Positions 27,293 to 36,647 of a stretch of DNA of 64,000 nucleotides are shown here, one piece after another. Location of the stretch: the IMG/VR virus record IMGVR_UViG_3300042546_000155; one strand, given 5' to 3'. Numbering within the stretch: position 1 is the stretch's first letter; each line of letters begins with the position of its first letter. The notes beneath the pieces are model-generated. The model worked only from the letters and a program-made list of their open reading frames with translations, was not told the DNA's origin and ran no database searches. A program made the position numbers and the translations under genes. The stretch is from a virus.

Positions 27293-28138
27293 TTAATTCC
27301 TAATTGAAAAGTTTAATAGTTTCTTGAAGGACTCAAGGTCTTCGTTCAACATGTTCTCTACGATCTTTTTGTTTCTAGTATTGACCGAGTCATAAACTTC
27401 AAGTATTCTTTTAGCCATACTGTTATTTAGGGTAATTGTTCTTCCATTGATATTTAAATCTTTTGAATCAATACCTTCTTTAACCATCTTGCGAATGTCT
27501 GTAATTTTGTTTTCTTGAATTTGCTTTTGTCTAGAAGTCCATGAACTACCAGTTTTTGGTTTTTCATAACTAACATCACCCGTTTTAGATTGCTTTATTG
27601 GTGCTGGTGTAGATGATGATTGACTATCATCGCCAGAAGAAGGAGCAGTAATGTTTTTCTTTATTGATCTATAAGCTCTAAGACCTTTTTTACCGCCAAC
27701 TTTAGTTACGGCTCTTTCGATTGCTCTTCCTGCTCCACCACGAACTAATGCTCTACCGGCTCCGCTTGTGACTGCCCTTGCTGCACCTGTTGTAATAGCT
27801 CTACCAGCAGCGCCAGCAATCATTTCACCGCCAACTGCTAGTGCAGGACCGAGAAGTTCGTTTAGTTGTTCTTCCGAATCATGAACAATTGCTTCCGACA
27901 TTTGTAGAACGCCTTCCTTGCTGAAAGGAATAGTGAGATACTTGTCGATCATTCTTGAATAGTAAAGAGCAACTAACTGGTTGTTAGGATAAATTCTATA
28001 TGTCACTCTCTTAAACAATAGCATAGAAGGCATGTTTGGAAATCCTGCTTTAACAGGGTTTGACTTACCAGATGCTTCATTTAAAACACTATGATCTTTG
28101 GTATCATATTCTTCACGAATCTGTTTAAGAGTTTTCAT
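27293..28138 (-). CDS. Putative prohead core/internal protein
   Basis: MKTLKQIREE start, LNE motifs, Gly/Ala/Arg-rich insert. Confidence 0.6.
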   Translation of the reverse strand: MKTLKQIREEYDTKDHSVLNEASGKSNPVKAGFPNMPSMLLFKRVTYRIYPNNQLVALYYSRMIDKYLTIPFSKEGVLQMSEAIVHDSEEQLNELLGPALAVGGEMIAGAAGRAITTGAARAVTSGAGRALVRGGAGRAIERAVTKVGGKKGLRAYRSIKKNITAPSSGDDSQSSSTPAPIKQSKTGDVSYEKPKTGSSWTSRQKQIQENKITDIRKMVKEGIDSKDLNINGRTITLNNSMAKRILEVYDSVNTRNKKIVENMLNEDLESFKKLLNFSIRN

Positions 28139-28147
28139 CTTTGTTCC

Positions 28148-29395
28148 TTACTGTGCGAAATAGTTAGAAGCAATTTCCTTCTTGCGTTCTTCTAGCTTTT
28201 CGATAGTCTTTTCTTGAAGAATAGCCTGGAAGTTTTCTCTCATATCGTCAAGGTTATTCTCAAGGATATTGTCAAATGCCTCTTGAATAATTTCTTTGTT
28301 ATTCATTTTAGTTTCCTCGTAGATTGTTTTGGTTGTACCTGTAGCACCTGGTGCATATCTTGTGTCTGGTTTGTTGAAGTTTTCTTCACAATTCCAACGG
28401 CGTAGTGCCTTATTAATTCTTGAATCGGGATCGTTTGCAGTCTTAGCAGATGTTAGACGCTTCTTCATTCCACCCATGCGTGAACAGAATGACTTACGGC
28501 GGGACGCTCTTTTGCCCTTAGGGTTCTTTTCTGTTACTGCTGTCTGTAGTTTAGAACCTGGGTTCTCTCTCTTATATGCATCAACTGCCTTTTGCGATAG
28601 ACCGTCTGTCTTGTCCTTGCGATTAACTGACTGCCAATCTTCTTGGTAGATGCCTCGTTCAGTAGAAGTGGGATACTTATTTTCTTCGTATGTTGCTCTC
28701 TCTGTATAACGAGAAACACTGGCTTCGACTTGCTCTGTAGGAACACAATTAGGTACCATACGGTTACCCTTTTTCTTTAGTCCCTTGGCTGTATAGCCTT
28801 TCCAGCAAGCACCTTTAAGATCGTTCTTCTCTTCCACTTTTGCTACCCTTCTGGTGTTACCTGTAAGATCGCCAACAACATTAACTCCACCATTATGATC
28901 GTATTCGCCTAGTTCATTCAGCTTTTCTTCTGCAATGTTACCAAAGTTCTTATTTGCATCCATTTTAGTTGGATCAAATGCTTTAAAACCTAACTTATCA
29001 TTATGATATTTATAATGTTTGTTTTTGATATACTTTAAGTTGTTTCCATTCTGATCATTATATGCCATCATGTTTGTAGTGGTGTATCGTTCTACTGGAT
29101 TTACACCGGGATCACCAGTGACATATCCTAGTCCTCTAACAGCACTTGTACCAATTTCTTCTTTAAGTTTATTCTTATCTGCTTTATCGGCCTTATCAAG
29201 CATTGCATAGTAATCAGGTCTTTCACCTATATGATCCCTAGCAACTTGCTCTGCCTTTTTCTGATTAGTATTATGTTCTTTTTCATGCTTCGCACCTTTC
29301 TTAACAAGGTCACGAACTCTTGCTAAAGAAATCTTAAACTTCTTTGCAATCGCTTCGTTGCCTAGTGTTCTTACATCGGTGCTTTTTAGAGACAT
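28148..29395 (-). CDS. Modular putative internal head protein
   Basis: Modules EKEH...ARDHI.E.PDYY, CWKGY...VPNCVP, RRKSFCSRM.GM...DPDSRINKALRRWNC; gp67-like C-terminus LEERKKEIASNYF. Confidence 0.65.
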   Translation of the reverse strand: MSLKSTDVRTLGNEAIAKKFKISLARVRDLVKKGAKHEKEHNTNQKKAEQVARDHIGERPDYYAMLDKADKADKNKLKEEIGTSAVRGLGYVTGDPGVNPVERYTTTNMMAYNDQNGNNLKYIKNKHYKYHNDKLGFKAFDPTKMDANKNFGNIAEEKLNELGEYDHNGGVNVVGDLTGNTRRVAKVEEKNDLKGACWKGYTAKGLKKKGNRMVPNCVPTEQVEASVSRYTERATYEENKYPTSTERGIYQEDWQSVNRKDKTDGLSQKAVDAYKRENPGSKLQTAVTEKNPKGKRASRRKSFCSRMGGMKKRLTSAKTANDPDSRINKALRRWNCEENFNKPDTRYAPGATGTTKTIYEETKMNNKEIIQEAFDNILENNLDDMRENFQAILQEKTIEKLEERKKEIASNYFAQ

Positions 29396-29397
29396 GA

Positions 29398-31272
29398 TTA
29401 ATCCTTATGTGGCACTAGAATGCCATTCTCGTTGAGGTGTGTTACTGTGCCATTAGGTGCAGCATACTTGCCACTACCAACATAGACCAGTCCTAAATCT
29501 TTTGCTTCTTCTGCTACAGTCTTTTTCTTCTTAGCTGGTTCTTTCTTAGGAGGTGTAGAACCCTTCTTAGACTGAATAGTTGCAAGTTTGATCTTCTTAT
29601 CCATCATGTTGGATTCATGATCACGGCTTGCTGTTTCTGCCTTACCTGGTTCCTGATCTGGTCCAGCAATCTTGTCCACTTCTTTCTGAACATGTGCCTG
29701 AGCAATTTGCTGTTGAGCACCAAAAGCAATCTGATTTTGCATATCTTGTTGCTGTTGCTGTGCCATCACTTCGGCGTTTTGCTGGTCAATCTGCGCCTGA
29801 ACCTGTCCTTCTTCCTCCATCTGGGCATTCATTTCTTCAATGTCATCATCTGTCTGTTGAAGAATGTTTTTACGAACCCACATGATAGAATAATACTTAC
29901 CGACGAAAGGATCGACCTTAACTAGTGTATCGAGACGAACATTGATAAGCTCTGCCTCTTTAAGTTCGTCAAAGTTATTGTCTTTCTTGAAGTCATACCA
30001 AATATCTTCTTTAAACTCGTTCCATTCTTCTTCGGTACAAACATTCTTAAGAACTAGCTGCACACGGAGAACTTCATCGAACAATGAAGCAAACTTGTTA
30101 CGAAGACGGGTAACGAACTTATTAAACTTTAGTTCGTCTCTTGTGATTTCTGTGGTACGACCAAGTGAGAATCCGTTATTCTGTTCTAGACGAGAGACGG
30201 GAACACCAAGTGACTTGTATAGCTTGGTCTGGAAATACTTAACATCTTCTAGCTCACCAAGGTTACGAGCGCCTTCTAGTGTGCTAATTTCAGTTCCTTT
30301 TGATCCTTCACGGCGTGGTAACCAGAAGTCTTCAAGCATTGATAGATGCTTACGGTCGTCTCTAATCTCACCAGTGTTTGAATCGTAAACCAACTTGTTA
30401 CGATACTTGACCATGATATCACGGACATACTGTTCCGCTTTAACTGTTGGCATATTACCAACATCGATATAGAACACTCTACGCTCGGGAGCACGGCTTA
30501 GACGATAGATAACAGTGGCGTCCTCAACCATGCGTAGGTTGTTAAATGGCTTAATTGATTTATGAAGATATGATAGAACCATGGTCTGCTTTGGATCCAT
30601 GATACCTGAATTGATGTTAACGATAGAGTCTGGAGCAATCTTAGAACCTAGATTAGTTCCTGCACCGATAAGACCCTTTTCGTTGTAAAGGTAGTATTCG
30701 ATCTGCTTTCTGATAATCTCAACACCAGTATTAGGATCACGCATCTTTTGAATTTCACGGATCTTACGGATACGGCGAGGATCAATATACTTGATTTCTT
30801 GAATGCCTAGGGTGGGGTTCGTTTCATCGATAGTTAGATGATAGAATAGTCTGCCGTCGATATACCAACGACGAAAGATTTCATGACCCATATTACCAAA
30901 GTTAAGTAGCTTCAATACATAATCAAATTCTTCTTCAATACGCTTTTTAATAGCAGGAGGAAGTTTGACTTCATCCATATTGATTTCAACCGATGTTCCA
31001 GAATCTTCTACAACGATGGCCTCATTTACGATTTCATCGATTGCCGATTCCGCTTCTGGCTGAATAGCAAGTTCACGATACTTTGTGATAAGTTGTGTTT
31101 CGTTACGAAAGGTGCCGTCAAGATCGACATAAGTGCCGTAATAGCCCGCACCTGCAATTGTCACCGCCCCGTCATCATTCTGAGGCAGTGTGAATGTTTT
31201 ATTTTTTGGTTCTTGGAGTTGTTGGTCTACAGCCTTCTTCTCGGAACCGATTTCAAATCCAAATAACTTCAC
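29398..31272 (-). CDS. gp20: Portal protein
   Basis: FRRWYIDGR, IYRLSRAPERRVFYIDVGN, MLEDFWLPRREG, ITRDELKF. Confidence 0.98.
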   Translation of the reverse strand: MKLFGFEIGSEKKAVDQQLQEPKNKTFTLPQNDDGAVTIAGAGYYGTYVDLDGTFRNETQLITKYRELAIQPEAESAIDEIVNEAIVVEDSGTSVEINMDEVKLPPAIKKRIEEEFDYVLKLLNFGNMGHEIFRRWYIDGRLFYHLTIDETNPTLGIQEIKYIDPRRIRKIREIQKMRDPNTGVEIIRKQIEYYLYNEKGLIGAGTNLGSKIAPDSIVNINSGIMDPKQTMVLSYLHKSIKPFNNLRMVEDATVIYRLSRAPERRVFYIDVGNMPTVKAEQYVRDIMVKYRNKLVYDSNTGEIRDDRKHLSMLEDFWLPRREGSKGTEISTLEGARNLGELEDVKYFQTKLYKSLGVPVSRLEQNNGFSLGRTTEITRDELKFNKFVTRLRNKFASLFDEVLRVQLVLKNVCTEEEWNEFKEDIWYDFKKDNNFDELKEAELINVRLDTLVKVDPFVGKYYSIMWVRKNILQQTDDDIEEMNAQMEEEGQVQAQIDQQNAEVMAQQQQQDMQNQIAFGAQQQIAQAHVQKEVDKIAGPDQEPGKAETASRDHESNMMDKKIKLATIQSKKGSTPPKKEPAKKKKTVAEEAKDLGLVYVGSGKYAAPNGTVTHLNENGILVPHKD

Positions 31273-31295
31273 AATCTTATCCTTTTATTAGACCT

Positions 31296-31324
31296 AAAAC
31301 CCATGGGGAAATGAATCCCCATGG
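31296..31324 (-). terminator. Stem-loop after the tail tube gene
   Basis: CCATGGGGA...TCCCCATGG inverted repeat followed by GTTTT. Confidence 0.65.
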
Positions 31325-31343
31325 ATTGTAGTATTTATCCTGA

Positions 31344-31934
31344 TTAGGTTGTAGTGTTTGATACCCACCACTGATAGTCGAAGGTCACTGTATATTCTTC
31401 GATCTGATCACCTAGTGCCCAATCGAGGTCGATAGCAGCAACATCAGTTGGGAATGCACCGACTAGAGTGTATCTTTTGATAACATTCTGAGGTCCGGTC
31501 TTACCATACTGAGTAACAATAGCATCAGTTTGATATGATGCTGGAGGACTATAACCTGGTGAACGAATGTTACCAACATGTGAGTTGATAGTATTCATCC
31601 AAACTTCAAGGTTGTTACGAACAGAGAAGCTTTCATCATTGATGATAGTAACAGACCATTGTGAGAATGTTCTGGTACCAGCTACTTTGATTTCACGACC
31701 AAAGTATGGAATTACAATTGATGAAATACTGTCTGCTGGGAGCGAAGCTGCTCTACAAACGAATGATAGTGATCCAGTTGCGTTTAGTGCATTAACTCCA
31801 CCAGCGCCAACTACTGGAGGGACCGCAGCCCCTCCATAAGCACCAGTTGGAAATGGAATCGTAACTTGGAATAGACTAGGTCTTGCACCATCATTAAGCA
31901 AATTTGCTCTAAATGTGGATACGTCAAATGCCAT
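31344..31934 (-). CDS. gp19: Tail tube protein
   Basis: GARPSLF.V, YFGREIKVAG.RTF..W..TIINDE.F, IEEYTVTF.YQWW. Confidence 0.96.
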   Translation of the reverse strand: MAFDVSTFRANLLNDGARPSLFQVTIPFPTGAYGGAAVPPVVGAGGVNALNATGSLSFVCRAASLPADSISSIVIPYFGREIKVAGTRTFSQWSVTIINDESFSVRNNLEVWMNTINSHVGNIRSPGYSPPASYQTDAIVTQYGKTGPQNVIKRYTLVGAFPTDVAAIDLDWALGDQIEEYTVTFDYQWWVSNTTT

Positions 31935-31963
31935 TTGTTTTTCTCCTTATGTGTTTCTATTTA

Positions 31964-33829
31964 TTAAAATCTACCGACAACTTCGGAGAAGGCGACACCT
32001 GTTCTAACAGCCACGAAATTAAGATGAATATAATTGATAGAACGTGCTGGCTTAACATAAATGTCTCCGACAAATTCATTACGGTCAACGACCTCTGGTG
32101 TATTGTTTGTTTCGTCGCAAACTACACGGTAGTCATAGATACCACGACGACCCTTAACATCACGAAGGAATGGTTCAATAAGGGCAACGAACTGGGCTCT
32201 AGTAAACTCATCGTTAAACTCGAATAGAGAATACTTAGATGCTCTTGAAATTGACTTTTCGAGAACAATGAATAGACGACGAACATTCAAACGATCAAAT
32301 GCTGATGGCTTGCTAACGAATGTCTTATCACCAAATAGAACAGTTCCCTCACCCTTGATGGTGATGACAGGATTGATACCAATCTGGTATAGATCGTCTC
32401 TTTCAGACTTCTTTGGGTTCCATGCTAGTTTAGCAACATTCTTAATCTTACCACGGTTTAGACCAGCAGGTGACCACCATGGATCGTTAGTGTAGTCTGT
32501 TCTAGCACACAGACCGGCAATGTCAGGATTTAGAGGAGTCCAACGATAAACATCGTTATACTTGTCATACTGGCGCTTCCATCCGGAGTCAACAAATACA
32601 TAGCTTGATGAAATGTTGAACTGACTATTTGCCCATGATTTAATGTTATTTAACTCGAAACCTGCCTTGTTAACAACTGCTGTCTGTGGAGGTGATACAA
32701 ATACAACACAGTCTTTTCTACCGCCTGTTGCAATGATACCATATGAATCGTCATCATTGAATGTTCCACCATCAACAATATTTTCAACCACATACTTTGA
32801 AACTAAGTAATCGTGGTGACCAGTGACAATTAGGCTTACATCTGCTTCATCCATGTTTCCAAACTTATCATATGCTCTCATAATATCGCCAGTTGTTGCG
32901 TCAGGTGATACACCATTTCTTGTCTGCATTGAGTAGGTATAGTAGGTCTGATGGAAGGTTCTAAGAGAATCCTGAGTCCATGATGGATTGCCCTGTGCAT
33001 CCTGAGTTGCAATTTCATCAACAGTCTTACCCCAGGTTGTTGTTTCGGCAACACCTGTTGTATTGTTTGATGCAGTATTGATTGCATAGATGTAGTTTGA
33101 CTGATTCTGTAGAACATCAACATAATAGTTTGATGTGCCATCAGGGTTCTTAGCATCTTTTGCCTTTGATACATAAGCAAACTTTTCTAGAACTGTATTA
33201 GCAGTTCCTGAGAATTTACCTGTAGAATCGATAACTAGAATATGCATTTCATCATGAATAGGAACTTGTCTGGTTTGTTGTAGAGCATAATCAGAAGTTC
33301 CTGGCTTTGAAGGGAATAGGTTCTTATACTTCCAAGCATTCCAGGCAGCTACGTTACCAGATACATAAGATGTTGCGAATAGTTCAATTCTGATGCCGTT
33401 ACCGTGAGTACCAGGATATCTTGCAGCGAACATGCCTGCTGTATTAGCTGCACCCAGTGACAAGGTTCTGCTCATATCAGCAAAATTGATTTCATATTCA
33501 TCTGGGTTCTTAATAAGTTCTGTAGATGTACCTGTGGTAGCATTTCTTAGAAGCGTATTAGCAGCACGAACGATTGTTAGATCGGCGCCGTATGAAAGAA
33601 AGTTTGCAGCAGCAAAGAATGACTGAATCTGGTTCTGTCTATTAACATTTGATGATGGCTTACCGAAAACTCTAACTAGGCTATCCTCGTCACTAACCTT
33701 AAAAAGTGTATCGACAGGACCCCAATCGAACTCACCGACAAGAGCGCCGCCGGAAGTTGCAACTGAGGGAACAATGGTCGTTAAATCAATTTCAGACCAT
33801 GTCACACCTGGGGAAAGATTATATGCCAT
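31964..33829 (-). CDS. gp18: Tail sheath protein
   Basis: SPGV...EIDLT, F.WGP, WWSPAG.NRG, FDRLNVRRLF, KPARSINYI.LNF. Confidence 0.98.
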   Translation of the reverse strand: MAYNLSPGVTWSEIDLTTIVPSVATSGGALVGEFDWGPVDTLFKVSDEDSLVRVFGKPSSNVNRQNQIQSFFAAANFLSYGADLTIVRAANTLLRNATTGTSTELIKNPDEYEINFADMSRTLSLGAANTAGMFAARYPGTHGNGIRIELFATSYVSGNVAAWNAWKYKNLFPSKPGTSDYALQQTRQVPIHDEMHILVIDSTGKFSGTANTVLEKFAYVSKAKDAKNPDGTSNYYVDVLQNQSNYIYAINTASNNTTGVAETTTWGKTVDEIATQDAQGNPSWTQDSLRTFHQTYYTYSMQTRNGVSPDATTGDIMRAYDKFGNMDEADVSLIVTGHHDYLVSKYVVENIVDGGTFNDDDSYGIIATGGRKDCVVFVSPPQTAVVNKAGFELNNIKSWANSQFNISSSYVFVDSGWKRQYDKYNDVYRWTPLNPDIAGLCARTDYTNDPWWSPAGLNRGKIKNVAKLAWNPKKSERDDLYQIGINPVITIKGEGTVLFGDKTFVSKPSAFDRLNVRRLFIVLEKSISRASKYSLFEFNDEFTRAQFVALIEPFLRDVKGRRGIYDYRVVCDETNNTPEVVDRNEFVGDIYVKPARSINYIHLNFVAVRTGVAFSEVVGRF

Positions 33830-33874
33830 TTTTAACTCCTTTATAGGTTGGAATGGTGTGTATCCATTTAACCT

Positions 33875-33881
33875 TATTTAG
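33875..33881 (-). promoter_or_regulatory. Late promoter box (CTAAATA) for 18-19
   Basis: Intergenic ACTAAATAA. Confidence 0.65.
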
Positions 33882-33903
33882 TATTTTGATGTTTTTCCGA
33901 AAC

Positions 33904-35571
33904 TTACAGTCTCGGATCCCATCTGTCATTATAGTATAGGCCTTCTTTATCCACCTTATACCATGAGTCACCAGTAGCATCTTGTTCCACCACTTCATCC
34001 AAACCGTTATCAATGAAACCGAATGGCACATTTTCCACATCTTGTAAGTATGATTGCTCTCTTTGTAGAGCATATCTGATATCATTTGAAACTGTTTCTT
34101 TAAATAATTTCTGTGCAGTCAACCAACCAAAATGAACCAAAGTCATCGCCATGTCATCGTTTGATCCTTCTTCTGCCTTGAAGGTCTTTTTATCGGCAGA
34201 GAATGAAAACAATTCTGTAATCGTGTCTTCATCATTCAGAATGAGTTTATCATTTTCGACAAGAGTTTTAAGGTTGGCACAGCCAATCATCTTAGATTGT
34301 GCTGTCATTTTAAGACCAAATGCTAACTTGTTCTTACCAGCAGCAAAGCCACTTGATGCTTGTGTACCTTGCTTGCCTTTGGTTTGAAACTTTAGCAAGT
34401 TTTCGTAATTCAATTCATAATGAAGAATGTCTGCAACTTGCAAACCAATCGAATTGATTTCAACAAGAACAAATGCCTCGTTATACTTCATGCCAGCAGA
34501 ATATACAACCGCTGGTAAAAGCATAGGGCTGATTTCATTGTTTCTGTATTTAGCTACCTGACGATAAGGTATTTCAGTAACATCGAATATGGAGAATGCT
34601 GAGTAATCTAGTCCCTGTCCCTCGGCAACATCAACGGTCAAAACATATGTGTGTTTAGGAATAGGTTCTTCGAATACTTCCATACATTCCATACGACGAA
34701 TAGGCTCTTTCCAGTGCAACGATGCAAGTTTAGCACCATTGATAAGTGTGTTAGATGAACCTAAGAACTCACAACCAAACTCTTGGTCGAACTGTCTTTG
34801 TGAGGTGTTTCGAATCGTTTCTTGCGCCCATGCTTCGTCTCTACCCGGCACCATGCTCCAGTGAATTTCAATAGGCATATATGTGCTAGTCTTTTCGACG
34901 GCTTTCGTCCACATCTTATAGAACAAGTTCATGCCGTTAGGTGTAGAGACGATAACGACCTTAGAAGTTTTACCAGATGAAATAGTAGGATATGTAGAAT
35001 TAAAGAAGTCCTCAGCAATATTATTCGGTACGAACGCAAACTCGTCTAGAAAGATTAGGTTGAATGAGAAACCACGGACGGAACTACCTGAGGTAGAGTC
35101 GGCTAGAACTCTCGAACCGTTGGCGAGATAAATGGATCCTTTGTTCCACTCTTTGATGCCCTGTTTTAGAAACATTGGCAAGTATTCGAAGGCTAGCTTA
35201 AGTTTGCCAAGTAGTTCTCTAGCAGTCGGTGCACGGTTAGCAAGAATAGCGACAACAAAGTTCTCGTTAAACAAGACTTGGTGAAGGATATACGCTACCG
35301 ATGTAGTAGACTTACCGACCTGACGAGGTAGTTTACAGATAGAGAAACGATTGTCGTGGAATGTTTGCAGCATTCTTTCCTGGAAGTCCCACATTTCGAA
35401 TGGGATCAAACCACGGTCAACGTTAATGATCTTGATATACTTGCGAGCAAAATAAACAGGATCTTCGGCACACTTTAGATACTCATCTAGTTCTTTTTGA
35501 GTAAAAGAATGACGATACTGCTCATTAGGCAGATTGGGATTATTCTGGTAGCTGTAAGGTGTCCTTGCCAT
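33904..35571 (-). CDS. gp17: Terminase large subunit
   Basis: PRQVGKST, FLDEFAF, VSTPNG, DVAEG.G.DYS, DDMAM. Confidence 0.98.
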   Translation of the reverse strand: MARTPYSYQNNPNLPNEQYRHSFTQKELDEYLKCAEDPVYFARKYIKIINVDRGLIPFEMWDFQERMLQTFHDNRFSICKLPRQVGKSTTSVAYILHQVLFNENFVVAILANRAPTARELLGKLKLAFEYLPMFLKQGIKEWNKGSIYLANGSRVLADSTSGSSVRGFSFNLIFLDEFAFVPNNIAEDFFNSTYPTISSGKTSKVVIVSTPNGMNLFYKMWTKAVEKTSTYMPIEIHWSMVPGRDEAWAQETIRNTSQRQFDQEFGCEFLGSSNTLINGAKLASLHWKEPIRRMECMEVFEEPIPKHTYVLTVDVAEGQGLDYSAFSIFDVTEIPYRQVAKYRNNEISPMLLPAVVYSAGMKYNEAFVLVEINSIGLQVADILHYELNYENLLKFQTKGKQGTQASSGFAAGKNKLAFGLKMTAQSKMIGCANLKTLVENDKLILNDEDTITELFSFSADKKTFKAEEGSNDDMAMTLVHFGWLTAQKLFKETVSNDIRYALQREQSYLQDVENVPFGFIDNGLDEVVEQDATGDSWYKVDKEGLYYNDRWDPRL

Positions 35572-36007
35572 CTTGCTCTTTCTTGTTCTTTATGGCAGAT
35601 AACAACTCTGCGGTAGAACCCACAAAAACTGCTTGTTCAACATTAATATGTCCCTCGGCGTTTTTCTTGCGAGGATCCGAATCAGGATCAGGTTCTTTAA
35701 GATCCCTTTTCATTTTCTGTAGATTATATAGGTCTTTAGATGTTTCACCGACCGTCTTGATTAGGTTGGCAACTACCTCAAAGCCTCTTGCTGATTCGTT
35801 TTGTCTAGCAATAGTAGAGATATCTTCAAGGGCATCGTTACCCTTTTCGATAAGATTACGGAGGGTATTTCTGACTAGTTTATAGTCTGCGTCTTGATCT
35901 TCTTCTGCTGGCAATTGTTCATATACAACAACTTCCTTGCTTGGCTCATTTTTTGTTTCTTCAACCTTATGCTCAATACCTAGTGCGTCAGATAAGTTCT
36001 TTGTCAT
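35540..36007 (-). CDS. gp16: Terminase small subunit
   Basis: DY...R..L..LIEKG, R.FEV, VFVGSTAELL. Confidence 0.93.
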   Translation of the reverse strand: MTKNLSDALGIEHKVEETKNEPSKEVVVYEQLPAEEDQDADYKLVRNTLRNLIEKGNDALEDISTIARQNESARGFEVVANLIKTVGETSKDLYNLQKMKRDLKEPDPDSDPRKKNAEGHINVEQAVFVGSTAELLSAIKNKKEQDGKDTLQLPE

Positions 36008-36020
36008 GTCTCACTTCCAA

Positions 36021-36647
36021 TTATGTAACTAAGAATGTCATTCCATATGCATTTTCAGCATCGATAGTAAAGTAGTTCGATTTGCTAATTGTGGTATAGG
36101 TATTTTGTAGGTAACCAATTGTTGTGCTTCTAGTATCATTGTTAGAGCGAGCAAATGTAGCAGTTGTATTGGTAATACCAATAACAGCATTTGCTACCGC
36201 ACCGTCTTGATTGAACATAGCAACCCAAATCTGTCTAGACTTGACAGTTGTATTAGCTACCACACCAATTGAACTATTAGCAACCCACTCGGTAACATTA
36301 GAGAATTGTTGATTAAAACCTCTCAATGCGACACAATTAATATTACCTCCACCAGATACAAAGACGGTTGAATTTGACTCGTCAATGCCTCTTTTCTTAT
36401 ATGCAAGCAATCTACCAGAACCCGAACCATTAACGGCGGTTGTGGTATTAGAATATATTGTATTCCAATCTGCTGGCAATTCTGGAACTGTTAAGTTATC
36501 TGCTACAGCAAATACAACCAGTGTATCACCTGCATAACCGCTTGGATACTCAAAAGTTATATTCTCTACAACTCTTTCAGAAGTCATAGTTTGTCCAACA
36601 AATTTTGGGTTGTTACCTAGTCCAACTAATGTCTGTTGAATTGCCAT
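36021..36647 (-). CDS. Hypothetical virion protein (fibre-associated)
   Basis: Beta-rich; GDTLVVF...PADW; coupled to the upstream fibre gene. Confidence 0.55.
   Translation of the reverse strand: MAIQQTLVGLGNNPKFVGQTMTSERVVENITFEYPSGYAGDTLVVFAVADNLTVPELPADWNTIYSNTTTAVNGSGSGRLLAYKKRGIDESNSTVFVSGGGNINCVALRGFNQQFSNVTEWVANSSIGVVANTTVKSRQIWVAMFNQDGAVANAVIGITNTTATFARSNNDTRSTTIGYLQNTYTTISKSNYFTIDAENAYGMTFLVT

Noticed and set aside
22620-35571. Introns, inteins or homing endonucleases in capsid, portal, sheath or terminase genes
   Set aside because: The ORFs are continuous and of expected size, with no intein or endonuclease motifs.
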